This document shows, in pieces, positions 15,601-24,463 of a DNA stretch of 34,078 bases. The notes beneath the pieces were generated by a model, which ran no database searches, was not told the DNA's origin, and worked only from the letters and a program-made list of their open reading frames with translations. Each line of letters begins with the position of its first letter. The first letter of the stretch is position 1. Both the position numbers and the translations under genes were made by a program. The stretch is from the NCBI GenBank assembly GCA_030635415.1, contig DAOVYW010000001.1:1-34078 (forward strand), read 5' to 3'. Origin of the DNA: Candidatus Firestoneibacteriota bacterium. Lineage in GTDB: Bacteria; Oederibacteriota; JAAXVQ01; JAUVAV01.

Positions 15601-18212
15601 TTCCCGGTGATAAAGCCCAAGTACGTTTTCCCGTGCCCGGACAGGGACGGGTGTTGTATTCTTTGGAGCGGGGAAATGAGGTTTTGAAAACCTGGTGGGA
15701 GGAGATTAAAAAAGGTCAAACGGAATGCGTACGTAACATTACGATCAGCAAACGTATGCTGCCCACGACCTATCTCAGCGTATCGATTTTGCAACCGCAC
15801 GCGCAAACCCGCAATGACCTGTCGATGCGGCTATACGGGGTGATTCCCTTGCAGGTGGAAGAACCCGGGACCCGCAAGCCTATTCAAATTAAGATGAAAG
15901 ACGAGCTCAAACCGGGAGAGACATTTTCCATTGAGCTGCAAAGCGAAGATCAATCCGCCTATCAGGCTACCGTAGCGGTCGTGGATGTCGGAGTATTGGA
16001 TTTAACCGGATTTCAAAGCCCGGATCCATGGGAACATTTTTTTCAAAAAATGCGTCTGGGAGTCTCGACCTTTGATTTATACGCTTTCGTGATAGGCGCT
16101 AATAAGAGCGATATTGCCAAGCTTTTTGCTATCGGCGGAGGCGGACCGCTGGCGAGCCAACAAAGCATAATCCGCGCCCAACGCTTTAAACCGGTGGCGC
16201 TGTTTAAAGGACCCTGCAAGTCAAACCCACAAGGTAAAATCGAGGTTGAATTTAAAATGCCGAATTACATCGGAGCGGTTCGCGTAATGGCGGTTGCCGC
16301 TAAAAAGCAAGCCTATGGGTTTGCTGATAAAACTGTGCCGGTCCGCAAAGCCCTGATGGTTCAACCGACCATACCGCGGGTGTTGGGCCCGGCAGAGAAA
16401 TTCATCCTGCCGGTGAATGTGATTACCATGCGAGACGGGGTGGGTGAAATTGAACTTAGGCTTGAAACCCAAGGCCCGCTGGAGGTAGAAGGCGAGCCGG
16501 TGAAAATCCTTCGTTTGCCTAAAGCCGCGGATAAAATGATTTATTTCAAAATCAAAACCAAACCAGCTGTGGGCCCGGCCAGTATTTGGGTGAAGGCCAA
16601 AGCCAAGAAATTTTCAGCTGAATCAAAAACGGAAATAGCGGTCAGACCTTCTGCGCCCCGTAGTTCTAAAACCGAGACGCAGGTTGTCAAACGAGGCGCG
16701 AGTATTAACCTGGCGATTCCCAATGGGGGAATCCGGGGAACTAATCGGGCGAGTATTACTATTCAACGTTTGCCCAGCCTGGATTTGGGAAAGCGCTTGG
16801 AGTGGTTGATTCGTTATCCCTATGGTTGTATTGAACAGACAGTCTCGTCTGTTTTTCCGCAATTGTATTTAAAATCGTTTTTAGCGGATAAAACGCAGAA
16901 AAGTAAAAAAATTGATAAAAACATCCAAAAGGGAATTGACCGTCTGCGAAAATTCAGTCTCCCTTCCGGCGGTTTTTCTTCCTGGCCGGGCGGCACTCGC
17001 AGTTATGGATGGGGGACTAATTATGCCGGTCATTTTCTACTGGAAGCCGAAAAAAAAGGCTACCCGGTTCCGAAAACCATGTTGGAAAAATGGAAAAAAT
17101 TCCAGCATTCCCAGGCCTTAAAGGCGGTGGGAACGGTAAAAGAGCGGGTGTATCGGGTTTATTTGCTGGCGTTAGCCGGAGAACCCGCTCAGGGCCCCAT
17201 GAATTTGCTTAAAGAGAATAATTTAAAAGCTATGGATAATGCGGAACAATGGCTTTTAGCTGCCGCTTATTACTTGTCCGGGTCGTCCCCGGTTGCCGGG
17301 GAAATAGCCGGTAAGGCAGGATTTGAAGTTAAAGATTACCGTGAGACCGGCAATACACTTGGTTCCGGCGTGCGCGATCGTGCGATTATCCTGGAAACCC
17401 TGGTTTTGATGAAAAAAATGGACGCGGCTTTTGAAATGTTTGAAAATGTGGGTGAATCATTGTCCAGCGCCGCTTGGTACTCCACCCAAACCACGGCCTA
17501 TAGCCTGTTGGCGATGGGGAAATATTTGCAGGCGATGGAGGCGGATTATGGCAAGAAAAAGCCAAGGTTGATGGGACAGATTGTTCTGCCGAATGATCGC
17601 CGCGTACCATTTGATACTACGAACTTGATTTTTCGACAGACCGTCACTCAAGGATTCGGACAAAACGCGAAAATCGTTATCGCTTCCGGTACGACGCAGG
17701 ATAAGGTTTATGTCACGCTTAATTGGGACGGTATTCCTTTAATGTCCGGAGCAGAAGCGGTGGTAAAAGACCGCCTATCTTTGCAAACCCAATGGATTGA
17801 CGAGCGAGGCGCTCCTCTGGATGAGTCGGCGCTCAAGCAGGGCACTAGTTTTTACGGGCGCATTACAGTGCGCCGGGACCATGCCTGGCGGGATCAGGTT
17901 TTGGAAAATATAGCGCTGGTTCAAATTATGCCGTCCGGCTGGGAAATTGAAAATTTGCGCTTAACCGGCGAACCATTGCCGGTATGGCTGGCTAAGAAAA
18001 ACCTGGGCCAGGAAGACTACCTGGACATTCGTGACGATCGCGTGATGTGGTTTTTCACCATGGGCAAATACCAAGACCGCTCCGAGTTTGTCGTGAAAAT
18101 CAATACTATTACCGCGGGAGATTTTGTTTTACCGGCAACGCAGGTGGAAGCTATGTATGACATCGACTATAAGGCCACTCAACCGGGAAAAAGGGTGAAA
18201 GTAGTGCAATAA
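12696..18212 (+). CDS. alpha-2-macroglobulin family lipoprotein, thioester-containing (YfhM/ECAM type)
   Basis: The track ORF starts at 12507. The ATG at 12696 has AGGGGG 8 nt upstream and opens a lipoprotein signal MKKSTFCHSILAVMLFLAGC (lipobox LAGC). The thioester motif YPYGCIEQTVSS has CIEQ at 16827-16838. Its large size and the pbpC gene immediately downstream fit the bacterial A2M class. Confidence 0.93.
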   Translation: MKKSTFCHSILAVMLFLAGCAQKTTEKFDQPGVRPVSLEQAQVVIGLPGRYISYTSPLKFIFAKEIVGPNAVGQADGRQIISFKPAISGKAVWISRSDLEFQPDAAMKKFTSYTGTLHLDNLLDDPAVKPIEFMFDSMGNEVVEFEGEFKLESQEEPKQFRYQGNIRFTNEVKKTTLEQALKMKSGTGAVALQIDGPAEGRDFTFASPALAQGRKSKYYTLMLDSKLLATAADSRKKIALQAGKRFEVENIEILKSDDQAGLVTHFTDYLSREQSPDGFVRVSPYVKVQLKSIDRKLYIRGDFAYNQAYEVEVLAGIKNRWDETLKKTYGTTLTFEDMKPSLRFKNPGVFLTSENNNKITFETLNVKEVRVEVIKVFANNLGQFLQSESLHSRYATTTYHRNRYACRKVGVTVAEEKIYIGEKKNAVLVHALDLKKILSQEARGLFIVKLWFDKDGMLYENEDERKSAARDYWEDYYTNPYKEGYRHQAGTAAIQIIVSDIGLTVKQAHERYYVFANHLKNTEPLANVKVRLMSPQHQVVGAGRTNSQGVVEIDNVKTEVFYVEGEWQDQRSVVKLSEMAWNLSGFAIAGVEGGAGKNRAFIYTDRGVYRPGDAIHMSVLVRNREGSFPKNHPVTLKFYNPKNQMAAEKTSRQAEDGFYYFPLKTESTDMTGNWRVEIIAGGSTLHKEIKVETVIPNRLKVNLEPAVKSIGPTDKQLVLALSSTYLFGAPAAELQAKMKGVVGEEVKTFSRFPNFCFTHEGIEYHPYYTEIYSGHLDDTGTRQVVWRLPDFGEAPSGLVLYIDAKVFEQGGRFTQQQTRVPVNPYTHYIGLEKMESDYGYFRIPNDYAAKVVLVTPQGKPVAGQNLKYRIYRNERWWWWEYREARNRRLKFKTHNATDLVKEGTLVTSTRPMKLKIPLEERGEYLLEVQHGEAGHTAGYFFHASRWGGDIRAKEDAGNVVIKTDKEKYFPGDKAQVRFPVPGQGRVLYSLERGNEVLKTWWEEIKKGQTECVRNITISKRMLPTTYLSVSILQPHAQTRNDLSMRLYGVIPLQVEEPGTRKPIQIKMKDELKPGETFSIELQSEDQSAYQATVAVVDVGVLDLTGFQSPDPWEHFFQKMRLGVSTFDLYAFVIGANKSDIAKLFAIGGGGPLASQQSIIRAQRFKPVALFKGPCKSNPQGKIEVEFKMPNYIGAVRVMAVAAKKQAYGFADKTVPVRKALMVQPTIPRVLGPAEKFILPVNVITMRDGVGEIELRLETQGPLEVEGEPVKILRLPKAADKMIYFKIKTKPAVGPASIWVKAKAKKFSAESKTEIAVRPSAPRSSKTETQVVKRGASINLAIPNGGIRGTNRASITIQRLPSLDLGKRLEWLIRYPYGCIEQTVSSVFPQLYLKSFLADKTQKSKKIDKNIQKGIDRLRKFSLPSGGFSSWPGGTRSYGWGTNYAGHFLLEAEKKGYPVPKTMLEKWKKFQHSQALKAVGTVKERVYRVYLLALAGEPAQGPMNLLKENNLKAMDNAEQWLLAAAYYLSGSSPVAGEIAGKAGFEVKDYRETGNTLGSGVRDRAIILETLVLMKKMDAAFEMFENVGESLSSAAWYSTQTTAYSLLAMGKYLQAMEADYGKKKPRLMGQIVLPNDRRVPFDTTNLIFRQTVTQGFGQNAKIVIASGTTQDKVYVTLNWDGIPLMSGAEAVVKDRLSLQTQWIDERGAPLDESALKQGTSFYGRITVRRDHAWRDQVLENIALVQIMPSGWEIENLRLTGEPLPVWLAKKNLGQEDYLDIRDDRVMWFFTMGKYQDRSEFVVKINTITAGDFVLPATQVEAMYDIDYKATQPGKRVKVVQ

Positions 18213-18218
18213 GATCGG

Positions 18219-20657
18219 TTGGGAAGATGCCGGAGCGTTATTATGCGGATGCCGGGAAAACTGTCGGCATTAAGGCGGAGAGTGCAGGGCCAACAGCTTG
18301 GTCTGATAAAAAAATGGAGAAACATACCCCACGGTATACGCTGGATCATGGGTATGGCGGCGGCGGGTATTTTTTGTTACGTGGTTATTCCGGTGCCAAA
18401 CCCGCTTTTTCCCAAAGATTACAGCCATGTAATCTTTGATGAAAGCCAGAAAATATTGCGGGTATTCTTAAATACTCAAGAACAATGGATACTGCCGCCG
18501 GATCCTCGAAAAGCCATTCCCCATAAATTAAAACAAGCGGTACTGAGCTATGAAGATAAAGATTTTTACCGCCATCGGGGAATCAGCCCTTCAGCGCTTA
18601 TGCGCGCGTTTTACCTGAACCTTCGCTATAAAAAAGTCATGAGCGGGGCGAGTACGCTTACTATGCAAGTGGCGCGCATGATGACTCCCAAATCCCGCAC
18701 CTACCCGAATAAACTATTGGAAATGGCCCAAACTCTAAAAATTGAAACCCACTACAGCAAGGATGAAATTCTCCGTTTATATTTAGACCATGCTCCTTAT
18801 GGCGGGAATATCAGAGGCTATCAAGCCGCGGCCTGGAAATACTTCGGCAAATCCGCGGAAGCATTAACCTGGGCAGAGGCTGCCACCCTGGCAGTGTTGC
18901 CAAACTCACCCGCCTTGATAACGCCGGTGGTTAACCGTCAAAAGTTAATCCGCAAACGAAATGTGGTATTGAAAACACTTTGGCGGCAAAAACATATAAA
19001 TCAATCCGCTTATGAGCTGGCCAGGGCTGAGCCGGCTCCGGGCAAAATATTACACTTCCCGGTAGCAGCGCCCCACGCCACCCGCTGGTTGATGAAGCGG
19101 CAGCCGGGGACTTTCAGAATCGAAACGACCTTGAATCGGGACATCCAGGCATTGTGCCGCGAAATTGTACGAAGACATACTTTGTATTTGCGACCTTATG
19201 GTATTAAGAACATTTGTTTGTTAGCGGCGGAAACTAAAACCGGTAAAGTTCGCGCCTATATTGGATCCCAGGATTTTCATGACCATAGTACGCAAGGCAA
19301 AGTGGATGGGGTACAGGCTCCCCGGTCTTCCGGCTCAATTTTAAAGCCGTTTTTATATGCTTTGGCGATGGATGAGGGGTTACTGTTACCGGATATGCAA
19401 ATGAAGGATATCCCCACACATTTTAAAGGGTTTTCTCCGCAAAATTACACGAAAATATTTCAGGGCGTAGTATCCGCCCGTGAAGCCCTGATTAAATCCC
19501 TTAATGTACCCGCAGTTCGTTTGCTGAATTATTATGGAGTATATTCATTCTGCTTTTTTTTGAAGAGCAGCGGAGTGCGCACCCTGTTTCGTGCGGCGGA
19601 GGAGTATGGTTTGGCATTGATTTTAGGTGGGGCGGAAGTGACCTTATGGGATATGGTTGCGCTCTACCGTGGCTTGGGACAGCAGGGACGATTTCAGCCA
19701 TTGCAGCTTCTAAAGGATGGGAGCAGGAGCAAGGCCGGGCCTGGTCAGTTAATCCATCCCGCTTCGTGTCATCTGGTGTTGGACATACTCAAAGCAGTGA
19801 AAAGGCCGGGGAGTGAATATTATTGGGAGCAATTTAATAATCAACGTCCGATCGCCTGGAAAACCGGAACCAGCTATGGCAGCCGGGATGCCTGGGCAAT
19901 TGGTACGAGTCCGCAGTGGACAATAGGTGTATGGGTGGGGAATTTCACGGGAGAAGGCAATGCGAATTTGTCAGGCGCGCGCTGTGCCGGGCCATTGTTG
20001 TTTGACTGTTTTAATGCCTTGCCCCATAAGCCGGGAAAAACCTGGTTTGAAGAACCGGTTAATCAATTCACCAGTTGCGAAATTTGCCGGCATACCGGAT
20101 TTATGGCGGCAGAAAATTGTCCGGATACTAAAATGATGCTTATTCCCTGGCACCATAAGCCTTTCCGGCGCTGTCCGTACCATAAAGTATACTATATGGA
20201 TAAAAATAAAACCCACACAGTTTGTTCACGTTGTTGGGACTCAAATAACCACTCCAAAGAAGTGCGGTTAGTCTATCCGCCGAATATTATGCATTTTATG
20301 CGCAAACAAGGGCACAGAATTAGTAAAATCCCGCCGCACAACCCTAAATGTCCGTCAATTAATACCGACCAAGCCATGGATGTAGTATATCCTTTGGAAA
20401 GAGCTAAAATCTGGATACCTCGCGGTTTGGATGAGAAATTACAAAAACTCATTATTCAAGTGACCCACCGTGATCGTCAATGCCGGATATTTTGGTATCT
20501 GGATGGGAAATATATTGGTGAGACCAGGGACCGGCATGATAAAGCTATTCAGACTACTACCGGTTGGCATACAGTGGAAGTTGTTGATGAAAATGGGGAA
20601 CAGATTAAACGGCGTTTTCAAATCGTCATCCGCGGCAAAAATGCGGAATCAAAATAA
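18219..20657 (+). CDS. pbpC: penicillin-binding protein 1C (bifunctional glycosyltransferase/transpeptidase)
   Basis: N-terminal TM anchor. GT51 motifs EDKDFYRHRG (18552-18581) and GASTLTMQ. Transpeptidase motifs SILK (19335-19346), SLN and KTGTS. C-terminal PbpC-type beta domain (IFWYLDGKYIGE...). The start is uncertain: TTG 18219, ATG 18243 or ATG 18249. It begins 6-36 nt after the A2M stop. Confidence 0.93.
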   Translation: MGRCRSVIMRMPGKLSALRRRVQGQQLGLIKKWRNIPHGIRWIMGMAAAGIFCYVVIPVPNPLFPKDYSHVIFDESQKILRVFLNTQEQWILPPDPRKAIPHKLKQAVLSYEDKDFYRHRGISPSALMRAFYLNLRYKKVMSGASTLTMQVARMMTPKSRTYPNKLLEMAQTLKIETHYSKDEILRLYLDHAPYGGNIRGYQAAAWKYFGKSAEALTWAEAATLAVLPNSPALITPVVNRQKLIRKRNVVLKTLWRQKHINQSAYELARAEPAPGKILHFPVAAPHATRWLMKRQPGTFRIETTLNRDIQALCREIVRRHTLYLRPYGIKNICLLAAETKTGKVRAYIGSQDFHDHSTQGKVDGVQAPRSSGSILKPFLYALAMDEGLLLPDMQMKDIPTHFKGFSPQNYTKIFQGVVSAREALIKSLNVPAVRLLNYYGVYSFCFFLKSSGVRTLFRAAEEYGLALILGGAEVTLWDMVALYRGLGQQGRFQPLQLLKDGSRSKAGPGQLIHPASCHLVLDILKAVKRPGSEYYWEQFNNQRPIAWKTGTSYGSRDAWAIGTSPQWTIGVWVGNFTGEGNANLSGARCAGPLLFDCFNALPHKPGKTWFEEPVNQFTSCEICRHTGFMAAENCPDTKMMLIPWHHKPFRRCPYHKVYYMDKNKTHTVCSRCWDSNNHSKEVRLVYPPNIMHFMRKQGHRISKIPPHNPKCPSINTDQAMDVVYPLERAKIWIPRGLDEKLQKLIIQVTHRDRQCRIFWYLDGKYIGETRDRHDKAIQTTTGWHTVEVVDENGEQIKRRFQIVIRGKNAESK

Positions 20658-20703
20658 AAGCGCCTCCACCCCGGCTATATCATTGGGGCAGGTTTGGAAA
20701 TGA

Positions 20704-20724
20704 GGGCAGGTTTGGAACCTGCCC
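20704..20724. terminator. hairpin between convergent genes (possible bidirectional terminator)
   Basis: GGGCAGGTT (20704-20712), TGG loop, AACCTGCCC (20716-20724). The left arm is duplicated at 20686-20699. There is only a weak T-rich tract after it. Confidence 0.45.
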
Positions 20725-21684
20725 CTACGGTTTGGTATTTAGTCGATAGGCGAGTTGATAAAGAACAGGTTCAGCGAAGTTAACCACAGCATCTCCGCTG
20801 GTGTCACGACCGTAAGCTTTCAGTAAATCGGCGAGAAGAAAATTTCTTGATTGGATAGTCATGCCCCTCATTCCCAAGGAGTAGTAAATCGCGAGTCTAT
20901 AGTTCATCTCAATTATTTGCTCTGTGAGGCTGCCGGCGCCGGCCTTCAGTACGGCTTTGGGAATATCGGGACGGCGATGTTTGTTTTCTACAGAAGCGAG
21001 CAGATCGGACTCCGTAAGCTTCTCCAGGTAGAATGCTATTTTGTCGATTTTATTCGCTATGTAAAATTCCGTCTGAAAAGGGCCGGGATTCTTTCCTCTA
21101 AACTTTATATCCAAATAATTTAGTGCAAATTTATATGAACAATAATATTCACAAGGGGGCAACGCTTTGGAATTTTTTTTATCACACTGCCATGTTTTTT
21201 CGATCCCGTCCCGAAATTCGTCCTCGCCATATACGCCGGCAAGGATCACTGCCGGCTGCGAGGGGATTTTTCCGGTAGGGGAGCATTCCGCGATGTCAAA
21301 AGCCTTTTGCAAGTGCTTCAACAGTAACCGTTTTTCAAGCGATAACAGCTTTCCCACCTGCTCACTTGATAAAACCGGGTGCTCCCCCGGAGAGTGGGTG
21401 AGCAGTCCGGAAAGTGACATCCCAGCGGTATTTTCATTATGCCTTGGATGGGTTTCGTGAACATCCGGGGAGGAAGCACAAGCGACAAGCAAAAGGGTAC
21501 TAATAAGAAGAACAAGACAGGAGCGAATGTGATCCCGGGCGGCAGCAGTTGTTCGGATATATCCGCTGGTCGTGTATTCCGCGCTTGTCCGGGCGTTTTT
21601 GTGAGCGGAATGCGTCCCGGTAGTGTCATCCGGATTTGTTAATGTTAGTTGCTTGGTTCGACCATGACAGGTAAGGGTTGACAT
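20725..21684 (-). CDS. hypothetical membrane-anchored / lipoprotein-like protein (orphan)
   Basis: The track ORF extends to a TTG at 21828. The ATG at 21684 is preceded by AAGGGAGG. A ~55-aa hydrophilic N-region precedes a single hydrophobic segment ending in a lipobox-like LLVAC. No recognisable domain. Confidence 0.65.
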   Translation of the reverse strand: MSTLTCHGRTKQLTLTNPDDTTGTHSAHKNARTSAEYTTSGYIRTTAAARDHIRSCLVLLISTLLLVACASSPDVHETHPRHNENTAGMSLSGLLTHSPGEHPVLSSEQVGKLLSLEKRLLLKHLQKAFDIAECSPTGKIPSQPAVILAGVYGEDEFRDGIEKTWQCDKKNSKALPPCEYYCSYKFALNYLDIKFRGKNPGPFQTEFYIANKIDKIAFYLEKLTESDLLASVENKHRRPDIPKAVLKAGAGSLTEQIIEMNYRLAIYYSLGMRGMTIQSRNFLLADLLKAYGRDTSGDAVVNFAEPVLYQLAYRLNTKP

Positions 21685-21980
21685 ATGACCTCCCTTATAA
21701 AATTTATGGTATAAGAATATTAGTCTGCCCGCCCCTTGCCATCCGGGAGAGCAGCTCCTTTGACGCAATGCCCGTCGACAAGGTGTTGGAAAGGATATGG
21801 TCCGATTGATAGTAATTTCTATTTCCAAATAAATATATCATTTCTGCCCAAAAGCATCAATGCTTTATTCCGCGCCGGTTGCGGCTTACAGAAGTAAAAA
21901 TTATCAAATTATATTTAAGGAGACAGATGAATCAGATTGCTTTTCCTTGGGCGTGTTAGCTGACCCCGTGAAATGAAAAC

Positions 21981-22106
21981 CTCTTTTACTGTCTTTGCGA
22001 GGAGCAACAGCGACGAAGCAATCTCGATTTTATAAGGATAAAATCAGATTGCCACGCTCCCTACGGTCGCTCGCAATGACTTCTTAGGGGATTTGGCAGC
22101 AGAATC
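21981..22106. repeat. palindromic repeat element, copy C
   Basis: 21989-22080 is ~95% identical to 1462-1555 (copy A). The right outer arm ...GGCAGCAGAATC is retained and the left outer arm is degenerate. It lies just downstream of the tonB 3' end. Confidence 0.9.
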
Positions 22107-22136
22107 TTATCTTAAGACCGTCCCACATAAACTTGC

Positions 22137-22694
22137 TTAATTTTCCAGAGAGAAAACATAGGGAATACGAATTTTAACCGGTGCGTTTTGGTCCATAATT
22201 CTGGCCGGTTTAAAGCTTGATTTTTTTAGAGCCGCCATGGCAGCCTGGTCAAAATGCTTGCCGCCACTTTTCAAAACCCGTACCTGCCGCACCAAACCTT
22301 GGGCATCAATATAGGCTTCCAGGATTACCCGGCTGGTTCGGCCGGATTTCCGGGCTTTTTCCGGGTAAACCGGGATAACCCGGGTTTTAAAAACCGGAAG
22401 CAGTTCAACTTTATAAAAAGGCAGGAATATTTGTTTTTTCGGCGCCGGAGGGAGGGAGGCTTTTTGTTCGACTATCTCTTCAGCCGGCGCATCATCGGTT
22501 TTTTTCACGATTTCACGGGGCTTAGGAGGAGCAGGGATATCTTCCGAAAAGTCCATCAATTCAATCGTGGTTTGCAGAGGCCGGAGACGGTTGCCCGGGA
22601 CATGCATTTTAAAAGCAAAGAGCAAACTTAGGTGAATTGCCGCCGAGACGACCAGGGTAATCCGCAGCTTGTTTTCATAATTCCACCTAGTCAT
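22137..22694 (-). CDS. tonB: energy transducer TonB
   Basis: N-terminal TM anchor, a Pro-rich spacer (PAPPKPREIV...PPAPKK) and a TonB C-terminal domain (PVYPEKARKSGRTSRVILEAYIDAQGLVRQVRVLKS...). The start overlaps the exbD stop by 8 nt. Confidence 0.9.
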   Translation of the reverse strand: MTRWNYENKLRITLVVSAAIHLSLLFAFKMHVPGNRLRPLQTTIELMDFSEDIPAPPKPREIVKKTDDAPAEEIVEQKASLPPAPKKQIFLPFYKVELLPVFKTRVIPVYPEKARKSGRTSRVILEAYIDAQGLVRQVRVLKSGGKHFDQAAMAALKKSSFKPARIMDQNAPVKIRIPYVFSLEN

Positions 22695-23103
22695 GAATTC
22701 CCGCTTGCGGAGCTTCCCGGCAGATCAAGGTCACTTTCTCAAAGGCCTGGGCTTTCAGAGCGGTCAGGACCTCATCGATTTTTTCGAAATCACATTCCGC
22801 GTCGGCATAGAGGGATACTTGTTCTTTAGGAAGGGAGAGCCGGGTCAGTAAAGCGGTTATGTCTTTCAGGTAACCCGGCTCCTCATTAACCGCAATATAT
22901 CCGGAAGAATCCAGATAAATCCGCGTGCCTTTTTTCACTTTGACTTCGGCCGTGTTCGGCACCTGAGGCGGAGCCACTTGCAGGGGCGGCGAGGGAGCAA
23001 GGAGTGATGACAGGAGCATGAATATCAGGAGCAGGAAAGCTATGTCCGACATACTAGCCACGGGAATGATACTCACGATACGGTAACTATTATTAAGTTT
23101 CAT
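22687..23103 (-). CDS. exbD: biopolymer transport protein ExbD/TolR (second copy)
   Basis: IPVASMSDIAFLLLIFMLL TM signature. 138 aa. ATGA overlap with the upstream exbD. Confidence 0.9.
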   Translation of the reverse strand: MKLNNSYRIVSIIPVASMSDIAFLLLIFMLLSSLLAPSPPLQVAPPQVPNTAEVKVKKGTRIYLDSSGYIAVNEEPGYLKDITALLTRLSLPKEQVSLYADAECDFEKIDEVLTALKAQAFEKVTLICREAPQAGIHD

Positions 23104-23501
23104 GGCCTCTGCTTTTTTAAGGATATTTTATCAAAGCCGTTGCGCTTAAATTGCTCGATTACCAGGACCGCGGTTTTGTATTGGCTTTTGGCATGAGCCT
23201 GGATGGCGACGAATTGGCGGTTGCGGGACACGGGTTGAGAGAGATAATCGCCTAACTCTTCCAGTGAAACCGAGTCCCCATTTAATTTAAGCGAGTTATC
23301 CCTGGAAATTCGCAGCTCAATAATTTTTTGGTCCGAAACTTTTAAAGGTGGTTTATCCTTATCCGGAAGTCTAAGCGATAATCCCGTCTCCAGGGAGAAT
23401 ACAGCCACAATCATGAAAAAGACAATAAGCAGAAAGGCAATGTCGGACATGGAGGCTACCGGGATTTCCGATGATATTTGGGCCAGACGCTTGATTTTCA
23501 T
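23100..23501 (-). CDS. exbD: biopolymer transport protein ExbD/TolR (first copy)
   Basis: MKIKRLAQISSEIPVASMSDIAFLLIVFFMIV signature. The track ORF extends to a TTG at 23546. ATG 23501 gives the usual N-terminal length, but neither start has a clear SD. Confidence 0.85.
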   Translation of the reverse strand: MKIKRLAQISSEIPVASMSDIAFLLIVFFMIVAVFSLETGLSLRLPDKDKPPLKVSDQKIIELRISRDNSLKLNGDSVSLEELGDYLSQPVSRNRQFVAIQAHAKSQYKTAVLVIEQFKRNGFDKISLKKQRP

Positions 23502-23564
23502 GATGGGGCCGCCCTGGGGCCGGTCACTATTGGCAGGCCTTGACAAACGGCCGGCTTGTCACGA

Positions 23565-24260
23565 TTAATCAAGGGTTTCCAGAAATTCATTAGCCAGTTC
23601 CTCGCAGGTTTTTGTAAAGTTGCTGATCTTATGAACAAAGTAGTTGTAAGCGGAGATGGTGATGATAGCGATGATCAATCCAAAAGCGGTTGTGATCAGG
23701 GCCTCGAAAATACCGCCCGCCACCATACGCGCGTTGACCTGGTCGGCATTGGCAATCGTTCGAAAGGCGTTGATCATGCCGGAAACCGTGCCCAGGAATC
23801 CGGTGAGCGGAGCCAGGCTGCCAATGGAGGAGAGTACATTCAAACCGCGCTCCAGCCGGGAGATGACCACTCCCAGTTTAGCCGCGATGATTTTCTCGAC
23901 TTTTTCGCTCTCTCCCTGCCGTTTGGAATTGGCAAAAGCCATGATATGCATCAAATCATTTTTAGGATGCTTTTCCGCCCAATCTTCAAGTTGCCTGCTG
24001 CTTTCGCCTTTTTTAAAGTTTTCAATAAAATCGCCGACATCTTTCTCGATCCCGAATTTATGCTGGGAAAAATGCCAGAAACGCTCCAAAATGTAAGCCA
24101 GGGAGATAATGGCAAAAACCAGTAGGATCCACATAAAGGGTCCGCCCAGATCAAAAAGCGCGAAAAGGGAGAACCCGGAAGTGTTGCTGGTCAGAGCCCA
24201 TGCCGGGGCGGTAAAAATAAAGAAGGTTATCAGTAATTGAAGGCCTATTTTAAGCAGCAT
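23565..24260 (-). CDS. exbB: MotA/TolQ/ExbB proton-channel protein
   Basis: Three TM segments and the conserved LAPLTGFLGTVSGMINAF motif. AAGGAG SD upstream of ATG 24260. First gene of the exbB-exbD-exbD-tonB operon. Confidence 0.92.
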   Translation of the reverse strand: MLLKIGLQLLITFFIFTAPAWALTSNTSGFSLFALFDLGGPFMWILLVFAIISLAYILERFWHFSQHKFGIEKDVGDFIENFKKGESSRQLEDWAEKHPKNDLMHIMAFANSKRQGESEKVEKIIAAKLGVVISRLERGLNVLSSIGSLAPLTGFLGTVSGMINAFRTIANADQVNARMVAGGIFEALITTAFGLIIAIITISAYNYFVHKISNFTKTCEELANEFLETLD

Positions 24261-24300
24261 GATGATCTCCTTGAGGCAGGGGGATAAAATCCCCCGCTAT

Positions 24301-24463
24301 CCCCTTTTTTCGAGGCTGTGTCATAATGCCTGTTTTAGAGATTGCTTTGTCGCTTACGCTCCTCGCAATGACAGAAAATCCTTTAAAAACAGTCATTGCG
24401 AGCGACCGAAGGGAGCGCGGCCATCACGTTTTTCGAATTGTGACACAGCCTCTTCAAAGGGGG
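24301..24463. repeat. palindromic repeat element, copy D (arms permuted relative to copy A) with its own terminal inverted repeat
   Basis: Terminal inverted repeat GAGGCTGTGTCA (24312-24323) / TGACACAGCCTC (24441-24452), flanked by CCCCTTTT / AAAGGGG. The interior carries the reverse complement of the L-arm (AGATTGCTTTGTCGCTTACGCTCCTCGCAATGACA) and of the R-arm (GTCATTGCGAGCGACCGAAGGGAGCGCGGCC), joined by an 11-bp stem CTCGCAATGAC/GTCATTGCGAG. Confidence 0.85.

Noticed and set aside
21685-21828. The upstream TTG-initiated extension of ORF 20725-21828.
   Set aside because: ATG 21684 has a strong AAGGGAGG SD. The extension has no SD and starts at a weak TTG.
23556-24125. The 189-aa and 146-aa plus-strand ORFs antisense to exbB.
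   Set aside because: The minus-strand frame encodes a clear ExbB with conserved motifs and an SD. The antisense ORFs have no start context or similarity.
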